Positions 56,725 to 64,000 of a stretch of 64,000 nt of DNA are shown in pieces; position 1 is the first letter of the stretch, and each line of letters starts with the position of its first letter. The stretch comes from Saccharospirillum sp. (GTDB lineage: Bacteria; Pseudomonadota; Gammaproteobacteria; Pseudomonadales; Natronospirillaceae): positions 76,898-140,897 of the forward strand of contig NZ_JBDWXV010000003.1 of assembly GCF_039982735.1 (NCBI RefSeq). The letters are read 5' to 3'. The notes beneath the pieces were generated by a model. The model was not told the origin of the DNA. It ran no database searches and was given only the letters and a program-made list of their open reading frames with translations. A program made the translations under genes and the position numbers.

Positions 56725-57819
56725 TTACAGACGGTTGGTGGTTTCACCGTCAAAAATGTGCAGTTTGTCGGCGTTCACATACAACACCAGGTCGTCGCCA
56801 ACCTTCGGTGTCTTATGCACATCCATTTTGGCAACGATGCTTTTATCGTCATTGGCCAACTTAGAGTGGACAACCACTTCATGACCCAGGGTTTCGACGA
56901 TTTGAGCCTTGGATTTAATTTCAGCAACGTTTTTCCAGTCGTGTTCGCCTTCGCCGCGAATGTGCTCGGGACGGAAACCAACATAGACCATCTTGCCTTT
57001 ACGTTCGCTGACGGACGCTTTCCACGCCTCTGGCGTTTTGTAGGTGATGTCCGGGTGCGTCAGTTCGGACCCGTCGTCCGACACGGTCATCTTCAGGATG
57101 TTCATGTTCGGGGTGCCGATAAACTGCGCAACAAAAACGTTTTGCGGATTGTCGTACAGATCGAGCGGTGTACCCACCTGACGCAGGTTACCGTCGTGCA
57201 ATACCGCGATGCGATCGCCCATGGTCATGGCTTCAACCTGGTCATGCGTTACATAAACCGAGGTGATGGAAAGACGCTTCTGCAGGTTGGCGATTTCAGC
57301 ACGCATGTGAACCCGCAGTTCGGCATCAAGGTTCGATAACGGCTCGTCAAACAGAAACACCGATGGTTTGCGCACAATGGCGCGACCCAGCGCTACACGC
57401 TGACGCTGACCACCGGACAAGGCTTTGGGCTTACGATCCAGCAAGGGCGTCAGGCCCAGAGTGTCGGCGGCTTCGCTGACCAGGCGGTCAATCTCGTCTT
57501 TGGGGAGCTTGCGCAAACGCAGACCAAAGGCAATGTTTTCATAGACCGACATGTGCGGATAGAGGGCGTAGCTCTGGAACACCATGGCAACGTCACGGTC
57601 TTTGGGATGGACGTTGTTAACCACCCGGTCGCCGATAAACAGCTTACCATCGGTGATCTCTTCCAGGCCGGCAATCATCCGCAGCGTGGTTGATTTACCA
57701 CAACCAGACGGGCCAACCAGAACCATAAATTCCTTGTCGCGGATCTCCAGATCGAGACCCTTGATGATGTCTACGTCGCCGTAGCTCTTCACTACGTTGT
57801 CAAATTTTATGCTAGCCAT
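56725..57819 (-). CDS. carbohydrate ABC ATP-binding protein (MalK/MsmX/UgpC type)
   Basis: GPSGCGKST, VFQSYALYPHM, LSGGQRQR, DEPLSNLD, FVAQFIGTP, C-terminal TOBE domain. No cognate permeases nearby. Confidence 0.95.
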   Translation of the reverse strand: MASIKFDNVVKSYGDVDIIKGLDLEIRDKEFMVLVGPSGCGKSTTLRMIAGLEEITDGKLFIGDRVVNNVHPKDRDVAMVFQSYALYPHMSVYENIAFGLRLRKLPKDEIDRLVSEAADTLGLTPLLDRKPKALSGGQRQRVALGRAIVRKPSVFLFDEPLSNLDAELRVHMRAEIANLQKRLSITSVYVTHDQVEAMTMGDRIAVLHDGNLRQVGTPLDLYDNPQNVFVAQFIGTPNMNILKMTVSDDGSELTHPDITYKTPEAWKASVSERKGKMVYVGFRPEHIRGEGEHDWKNVAEIKSKAQIVETLGHEVVVHSKLANDDKSIVAKMDVHKTPKVGDDLVLYVNADKLHIFDGETTNRL

Positions 57820-58017
57820 CAGCTTCCACTCATTTTTGTCGTTATACGAACCCAGTGCCGGGGCAAAGGATGTTTCAAGTGCCTTTGTAGTTTTCTTACA
57901 GGCATTTTCGACTCATCCGACGAATGGCTCCATTATAGCCGTAATAATACTACCAATTGCAAGCCCGAATCCGGACCTAACGCTGTAATTTCCTTCCAAA
58001 CCGCTCTGGAATGGGCC

Positions 58018-60231
58018 TTAGCCATCACCTCTTAGGGTGTTCAACTGCTGGCAAAAGGCCTTTATCGACGGTTTTGAGAACAACTCCGGCAGGGTTTCAG
58101 TCAGTTTCCGACGCCAGTTGGGGTATTCATCGCTGGTTCCGGGGATATTGACCGGCGCGTTGATCAGCATCAGATCCTCCAGTTGCACCGCCACAATTTG
58201 CGAGTGGCAGGCCGCCAGATGCCGGTGGATAGCCAGGCACAGTGGCAGCGTCATTTCGGGTACCTGTTCGGCATCGCTGGAGATACCGTCCGGCAGTCGA
58301 TTATGGGCGACAAGGGCATCGATGATTGCTTGTTTGGCTTTCGACCTGGCGTCGCGTTCGCCCTGAAAATCCGCCTCGGTGGCAAACATACCCAATTGCT
58401 GGCGCAGATCCAGATCCGACATGGCCCAGAAGGCATGCACGGTCGGCATGTCGTGGTTGCAGACGATGGCAAGGGCCCGCTGGGCGTAGTCTTCCGGCGG
58501 TGTACAGACGCCATCGGCCATTTCAAAGTAAAAGACCTTGTTTGAATAAAGCTGCGCACGCGGAAAAGTGTCGATCACCTCGTCCGGAACAGTGCCCAGG
58601 TCTTCAGCGATGACCATGCACTGGTTGCGCTGCGACTCCAGATTCAGAATACCCAGCAAATCGTACAGGTCGTAATACACATAAGCGCCATAAGCCGCCG
58701 ACTCGCCGGGCGGGCACCACCACAGACGCAACAGCGCCATGGCATGATCGATTCGCAGGGCACCACAGGCACGCATGTTGTTGCGCAACAGTGTAATGAA
58801 AGACTGGTAACCCTGGGCTTTCAGTTTAACCGGGTCAAATGGAGGCAACCCCCAGTTCTGACCGTTGGGCCCCAGAGCATCGGGCGGGGCTCCGACCGCT
58901 GCATTCAGGCAAAAACTCTCCCGGTTGCCCCAGACCTCCGCCCCACCGCGGTCGGCACCTACGGCGAGATCACGGTACAAGCCGATGCGCATACCGCGCG
59001 CTTTGGTTTGCCGGTCAACCGCCTGAAGCTGTTCGTCAGCCACAAACTGCAGGTACTGAAAGTAGCTAATGTCGTCGTCATGCTCGGCGGCAAACGCCTG
59101 CACCGCATCGCTGTGATGGTCCTGATACGCCTGCGGCCACTTTGGCCAGCCCCATGCCATGGGGTCTTGCTGGCGAAAATGGGCCAGTAGGGCTTCGAAG
59201 GTGGCATGCTCACGCAAGGGGTCACCCTGCTGCTCGACAAACGCCTGAAAGGCACGGTCACGATCGGTACCCCGCCCCAGATGGTCTCGCTGAAATACCC
59301 GATAGAGTGCATTAAGTGCCTGGTATTTGAGGGCACTGACGCCACTGTAATCGACCATGGGCAGTTCGCGCAGACGGCTCAGTTGTGCTTGCGTTTCAGC
59401 GCCAGCCAGTGTCTGTTGCAGCTCGGTCGCCGACTGGAATTCGGGCACCTGCTCAATAACCACGTAGAGCGGATTAACGTAGCTGCGGTTCGACGGGCTG
59501 TAGGGGCTGGCGTGTTCGGGACTGATCGGATAGAGCGAGTGAATCGGGTTCAGGCCGATCACATCCGCCCCCTGATCGGCCAGGGTATCAACCAGCTCGG
59601 CCAGATCCCCAAAATCGCCCATGCCCCAGTTCTTCGACGAGCGCAGCGTATACAACTGAATGGCCGTACCCCAGACACGATCGCCCCGTGCCATGGGTTC
59701 AGGCTGAAAACTGGTGGCCGGGGTCACGATCAGGGCGGTTTCATCGGTTTGACCGGCCAGAGTCAGATAAATGCGATGGTAGCCTTCGGGCAAATCTACA
59801 GGCAACGGCAGTGCCAGCCGCAGGTGTTCGATGTCGCCAATCCAGTAATCGCCGGTTTGCGTCAGTTCAGAGGGGTCAAACTGCCCTTCGCGCGCGGATG
59901 CATCGTGCTCAAATTCAATACGCCAGTGGCCGGTCTGCTGGCATTCATCACGGGTCAGGTAGAGGTTCAGGTCGTGACCGCGCAGCGGGTTAAGCACCAC
60001 CACCGGCTCAAGACGTTGCCGCCATTGCTGCTGATCCAGCTGCATGGCGCGCTGTGCCAGCCCGGCGTCATCGTCGAGGTCATAGCCCATGGCGGCGAGA
60101 ATGCGTTCAATGTTGGCCGCGTCGACTTGCGTGGCGACCCCACGATAGTCCTGAAAGGTGGAGGAAATGTTTCGCAAGTGAGCAAGCTTGCTGACCAGCT
60201 CCCCATTCGTCATAGAAACCCCAGTCGCCAT
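58018..60231 (-). CDS. malQ: 4-alpha-glucanotransferase (amylomaltase, GH77)
   Basis: WGMGDFGDL, SPYSPSNR, DLAVG, GAPPD, RIDHAMAL, AEDLG, CNHDMPT, NIPGT...YPNWRRKL. Start at the ATG at 60231 (GAGG RBS). Confidence 0.95.
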   Translation of the reverse strand: MATGVSMTNGELVSKLAHLRNISSTFQDYRGVATQVDAANIERILAAMGYDLDDDAGLAQRAMQLDQQQWRQRLEPVVVLNPLRGHDLNLYLTRDECQQTGHWRIEFEHDASAREGQFDPSELTQTGDYWIGDIEHLRLALPLPVDLPEGYHRIYLTLAGQTDETALIVTPATSFQPEPMARGDRVWGTAIQLYTLRSSKNWGMGDFGDLAELVDTLADQGADVIGLNPIHSLYPISPEHASPYSPSNRSYVNPLYVVIEQVPEFQSATELQQTLAGAETQAQLSRLRELPMVDYSGVSALKYQALNALYRVFQRDHLGRGTDRDRAFQAFVEQQGDPLREHATFEALLAHFRQQDPMAWGWPKWPQAYQDHHSDAVQAFAAEHDDDISYFQYLQFVADEQLQAVDRQTKARGMRIGLYRDLAVGADRGGAEVWGNRESFCLNAAVGAPPDALGPNGQNWGLPPFDPVKLKAQGYQSFITLLRNNMRACGALRIDHAMALLRLWWCPPGESAAYGAYVYYDLYDLLGILNLESQRNQCMVIAEDLGTVPDEVIDTFPRAQLYSNKVFYFEMADGVCTPPEDYAQRALAIVCNHDMPTVHAFWAMSDLDLRQQLGMFATEADFQGERDARSKAKQAIIDALVAHNRLPDGISSDAEQVPEMTLPLCLAIHRHLAACHSQIVAVQLEDLMLINAPVNIPGTSDEYPNWRRKLTETLPELFSKPSIKAFCQQLNTLRGDG

Positions 60232-60452
60232 AAAAACCTCAGTCAAAGTGCGGTTCAAACCTGACCGGCTGCGGACGCTGCATGCGACGATGTGTGTAGT
60301 CGTTGGTATCGCACCAGGCTCCGGGGCCAGTCACCCGTCTAGCCAGTGTAGCGAGCCTTGGCCCGGTTTTCGCGGTTCGTCCGCACCGGGCCGGAAGGAT
60401 TTATCGCCAGGAGGATTTCCCCGGCCGGGTGCAGCCGCACCAGCGCGCCTTA

Positions 60453-63400
60453 TCAGGCCATTTCCGGTGCATTCTCAACCAGGTAGGCGAGCGATTCCAG
60501 TAACCAGTACCGCACGGTCTCCGGCGGTGCCTGATAAAACTGCTGCCAGGCTTCACCTCGGAACTGGTTGTAGGCATCCGCCTGGCTGGCATGTTGGTGC
60601 TGCCAGCTTAAGCGCACGGCATGGGAAATCACCACATCGAGAATCACGAAGTCGTCGAGTTCCAGCAGCGGGTTCGCTTCCGCAAAAGCCATCAGTGCCG
60701 CAAGCGCTTCAACCGACATCTGGCGATACTCTGCACTTTCTATCTGGCTGAGCAATCGCTCAACCAGTTGGGCAAACTGGGGTTCGCCCCCGGTCATGTG
60801 ACTGGTCACCAGATCACTTTGCAGTCGGCTACGCGGATCAAACCGGTCGCCCACGACAACGCCCCGGCATTGTTGCAAAACCGACCATAGCCGCTGATGG
60901 AAGGATTCAGGGAAGCGAGGCATAACGCCCTGTTCTTCACGCCAGCTCTGCCAGTCAGCAACGTCGCTCTCGACCGTGGCGCCCGGCAAACCCTCCGCGC
61001 CCGAGTCGGCCCGATGCAGAACACCCGGCAGGCTGCGCAAATGCAGCGCTTCGGTGGAAAACAATCGACCCACTTCCTCGGTATAGCTTTCCAGAATGTC
61101 GCGAATCCGGCTCTGAATGTCGAAGGGGCTCATCGCCGCCAGGCGCTCAAAGGCCTGGTCAGGCTCCAGTGAGGCTTCCTGGGCAAATCGGCCCATCATC
61201 AGTTGGGCCAGGTGGCCCGGTCGTATGGTCATCATGCCGTCGAACAGTTCAGGCTCGCCTCGCATAATGACCGACAGAATGACGAGAATTTCCTGGTTGA
61301 GTATGGCCTCGCGCACATCGGCACCGCAGTTCTGGCGAATCAGCGCCAGCGTTTCCCGGTTGCTCAGCGGCATGCGAATAAGCCCCTGATCGGAGTAGGC
61401 CCGGCCGACATTGATGATGCGCTGACGCGCCAGTATTTCGGCCACTGAATCTTCCAGGCCACCCCAGTACTTGCCGAGCACCCCGGCGGCCTTGCGCAAC
61501 ACGCTCCATTCGTGGCGACAACTGGCTTTGCGATAGACCTCTTCCAGCAATACCTTAACCGTGACCCGCGGAGCAATGCCGGGCTCGAAATCCAGCCCAT
61601 GCACCTGGGCCCAGTCGGTGATGATGTCCATCTGTTCGCGCAGGTTCGTGCTGTTTTGCAGTCGGTCGCGTTGCTGATCGAGGTTTTCGCTCGGCTCCAG
61701 TAACGACAATACTGAGGGCTGAACCGGCTGACACTGATCGGCCTCGGGCAACCAGTTTTTACGGCGCAGTCGAACCAGGCTCAGTGCATCGGGTACGTAA
61801 TAATCGTTCAGGTCATCAATGCGTTCTGTGCCGACGTCATCCAGCAGTTCAAGCAAAGGACCGGTGCGCACGGTGACGCCGTTGCAGCTACCGGCGCTCA
61901 GCTCGGCAACCAGATCGAATACCGCCCCGGCGTCACGGGCGGTTGTCATGGTGTCCGTCAGGTAGAGCATCATCAGCGGTTGCTTGTCCTGATTCCAGTG
62001 ACGGCTGACGTACTTCAGCTCTGCCTGGACTTTTTCACACAGCAATTGGTTATCGGACGCCAGATAAAAAGTATCCCGATTCTGGAACTGGGGCAGAAAC
62101 ACGCAGCTCTCGCCACCCAGCTGATAAAGCTGTGCCGTTGCCAGCGAGCGCGGCCGGCGTTGTGGGCGACCGGTGAGGCCAAGCGTTCGGTTCTGACCGA
62201 CCACATTGAAGACTCGCGCCAGTTCCAGCGGTGGCAACACCCGCACCGGGTCCAACTGGTCGACGGTTTCCGACCAGAGGCCGCGCGCCGCCAGCCGGTC
62301 TTTCACCGCCTCGTTCTCGGCCAGCAGACCAACCAGCACCGGTGACCGCTGCTTGCGGCCAATGCGTTTGTGCGCGGCAACCGGGTCGAGTTCTTCGGTG
62401 GTGACCAGACCTTCGTGCACCAGACAACCGAGTACATAGAGCGACTGGGTCCACACCAGTGGCACGTTGGCATTGGCCACGCGTGGCTGGCTGCCCGGGT
62501 CTGCCCGTTCGGCATCGATGTGTTCCTGATCGACGTAGTACAGCTCGGGCAGCAGCCACAGGCCGTCTTTTTCGACGCGCAACGCATCCAGCTTGAGCCG
62601 GTATTCGTCGCTGCGTTCACGGTCTTCGGCGAACAGTGCATCGAGATACAGAAACGCAAAAAACAGCGGCCATTCAGATTCTATGTTTTCGAAATTACGC
62701 AGTTCGTCCGGCTCGTAATGCAGCCGGTCGTGGTTTTCCAGCACGGTCTGGTGTCCATCGAGCAGAAAACGCTTGCAGCCATAGCGACCGGCCAGTTTGT
62801 CGAGTATGTGTTCGCGGGTGGTATTGACCAGGCTCTTCTTTTCCACGGCAAACGCCGGGTAACCGATGACCGACAGACAGGCGGCATCGACTTCCTTCGA
62901 CAGGGATTCGCGCGGCAATAGGTTTTCGAGCGTCGTCCGGCAGCGGGCTATTTCATCCGGTACCACATGAATAACACCGCGGTAGCTGTGAGCGTCGTGC
63001 AACAGGTTCAGGCCACGCATCGCCTGCAGTGCAGCTTTTACCATGCCAACCGAAGACGCATTGATTTCAACGTGACCGTTGTTGATCTTGTTGCCCCGCT
63101 CCCAGATCCCGTAATCCGGTGTGCGGTAACCACGGCCGATGTACCAGACCAGGTTCTGGACAAAATTCACTTCGTCAACGCTGTGAATCAGGCGCAACCC
63201 GGAGCGTGTCATCTGTGCCAGCATCAACAGAAATATCGAGGTGGCATCGAGTTGCAGATGGCCCCATTTGTCGTCGTCGACCACGACGTCGCCACTTTGG
63301 GTGCCGTACTTGGCGTGCAGTGCATCCATAGGGTTCTGGGTGTATTTGAACCGCTCGACTTTGTGCGACTGGCGCAACATGGCCGACAACAGGCCGCGCA

Positions 63401-63671
63401 TCAGCCGGGTCACACAGTCGCCCAGGTATTCGGTACGCCCCGGGTTATGGTTGGTGCGCCGATAGCCGAGCCAAAGGCCCCAGACTGCCTGAACGGAATA
63501 AACGTTGTCACGCACCCAGGCATCGGTGTAGTCACCGTGACCGTTTACGTCAGTACTGGCCGGAAACAGACCGGTTTTGGCATCCTGACGGCTTAAAATG
63601 GTGGCGTAGACTTCGTCGAAATACTGATCAAGGCGCTCGCTCGCGCCCTGTTGATCGATAGCATCGTTCAT
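60453..63671 (-). CDS. phosphorylase kinase alpha/beta-subunit-like protein (GH15-like)
   Basis: DAWVRDNVY, WGHLQLDATS, PDYGIWERGNK, YGCKRFLLDG, ESEWPLF and C-terminal MTGGEPQFA...EYRQMSVEAL match eukaryotic PHKA/PHKB motifs as recalled; 1072 aa. Confidence 0.88.
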   Translation of the reverse strand: MNDAIDQQGASERLDQYFDEVYATILSRQDAKTGLFPASTDVNGHGDYTDAWVRDNVYSVQAVWGLWLGYRRTNHNPGRTEYLGDCVTRLMRGLLSAMLRQSHKVERFKYTQNPMDALHAKYGTQSGDVVVDDDKWGHLQLDATSIFLLMLAQMTRSGLRLIHSVDEVNFVQNLVWYIGRGYRTPDYGIWERGNKINNGHVEINASSVGMVKAALQAMRGLNLLHDAHSYRGVIHVVPDEIARCRTTLENLLPRESLSKEVDAACLSVIGYPAFAVEKKSLVNTTREHILDKLAGRYGCKRFLLDGHQTVLENHDRLHYEPDELRNFENIESEWPLFFAFLYLDALFAEDRERSDEYRLKLDALRVEKDGLWLLPELYYVDQEHIDAERADPGSQPRVANANVPLVWTQSLYVLGCLVHEGLVTTEELDPVAAHKRIGRKQRSPVLVGLLAENEAVKDRLAARGLWSETVDQLDPVRVLPPLELARVFNVVGQNRTLGLTGRPQRRPRSLATAQLYQLGGESCVFLPQFQNRDTFYLASDNQLLCEKVQAELKYVSRHWNQDKQPLMMLYLTDTMTTARDAGAVFDLVAELSAGSCNGVTVRTGPLLELLDDVGTERIDDLNDYYVPDALSLVRLRRKNWLPEADQCQPVQPSVLSLLEPSENLDQQRDRLQNSTNLREQMDIITDWAQVHGLDFEPGIAPRVTVKVLLEEVYRKASCRHEWSVLRKAAGVLGKYWGGLEDSVAEILARQRIINVGRAYSDQGLIRMPLSNRETLALIRQNCGADVREAILNQEILVILSVIMRGEPELFDGMMTIRPGHLAQLMMGRFAQEASLEPDQAFERLAAMSPFDIQSRIRDILESYTEEVGRLFSTEALHLRSLPGVLHRADSGAEGLPGATVESDVADWQSWREEQGVMPRFPESFHQRLWSVLQQCRGVVVGDRFDPRSRLQSDLVTSHMTGGEPQFAQLVERLLSQIESAEYRQMSVEALAALMAFAEANPLLELDDFVILDVVISHAVRLSWQHQHASQADAYNQFRGEAWQQFYQAPPETVRYWLLESLAYLVENAPEMA

Positions 63672-63755
63672 TCACTGACACTCCAGAGTGGCGCAGTACA
63701 ACAACCCATTGTGCAACCTTTATGCCTAACGGGTACCGAGCTCAAAAAAGCATGA

Positions 63756-64000
63756 TCAGTTCTGATTCGCCAACTCACAGGCTTCACGGGCGAGTTGCTC
63801 AATGCGATCCCAGTCGCCCTGATTCAGCGCATCGGCCGGCACCACCCAGGAGCCACCAACGCACACCACATTGGGCAGCGCCAGGTACTGGGTAAAGTCG
63901 TTCACTGAAATGCCGCCTGTGGGGCAGAATTTCACATCCGGGAAAGGCCCGGCAAAGGCCTTCAGCGCCGAAACACCGCCCGAGGCAGCAGCCGGGAAAA
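63756..64000 (-). CDS. eda: KDPG/KHG aldolase, C-terminal fragment (truncated by window end)
   Basis: [30 protein letters not shown]...[10 protein letters not shown]. Not in the ORF track. Confidence 0.9.
   Translation of the reverse strand, partial: FPAAASGGVSALKAFAGPFPDVKFCPTGGISVNDFTQYLALPNVVCVGGSWVVPADALNQGDWDRIEQLAREACELANQN

Noticed and set aside
59206-60264. 352-aa plus-strand ORF
   Set aside because: Fully antisense to malQ with no recognisable motifs. This is the typical shadow ORF of a GC-rich coding strand.
60395-60416. MalT boxes upstream of malQ
   Set aside because: Only one GGAGGA match, not in the multi-box phased arrangement MalT needs, and no malT in the window.
1-64000. 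rRNA, tRNA, riboswitch, prophage, integrase, defence systems
   Set aside because: No recognisable signatures by eye. The intergenic spaces are short and mostly explained by promoters, terminators or the repeats. An Infernal/Rfam scan would be needed to exclude small ncRNAs.

Overview
Chromosomal window from a GC-rich bacterium. Gene content and the acidic periplasmic proteins suggest a marine or halotolerant gammaproteobacterium (Oceanospirillales-like; inference only). It is gene-dense and almost entirely metabolic. I found no rRNA, tRNA, CRISPR array, IS, integrase or phage gene. Modules in order: (1) 1-4991, tail of an uncharacterised catabolic operon (hydrolase, atypical SDR, NadX-like, ALDH, TPP enzyme); (2) 5191-7993, chemoreceptor plus orphan periplasmic binding protein; (3) 8188-23325, divergent catabolic locus with a sugar-type ABC importer, M24 hydrolase, His-tailed FmdB-like protein, winged-helix/solute-binding fusion regulator, SDR, AcoAB-type TPP dehydrogenase, an E2 split over two genes, and an ALDH; (4) 23408-35449, TAXI-TRAP transporter with an IclR-linked beta-oxidation cluster; (5) 35634-43408, PepQ, Dpp-type ABC system, XRE-cupin regulator and stand-alone GAF protein; (6) 43449-50415, P-type ATPase, MFS, hydrolase-OsmC fusion and glutamate-synthase-like flavoprotein; (7) 50481-54897, diguanylate cyclase, SQR and 1-Cys peroxiredoxin sharing an upstream 7-6-7 palindrome; (8) 55349-64000, alpha-glucan cluster with a phosphorylase-kinase alpha/beta-like GH15 protein, MalQ, a MalK/MsmX ATPase, a DUF4032 kinase-like protein and partial eda. 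Two copies of a structured intergenic palindromic repeat with compensatory base changes are also present. The strongest candidates for undescribed systems are modules 3, 7 and 8. Several start codons were moved from the ORF track to downstream ATGs; these positions are estimates.
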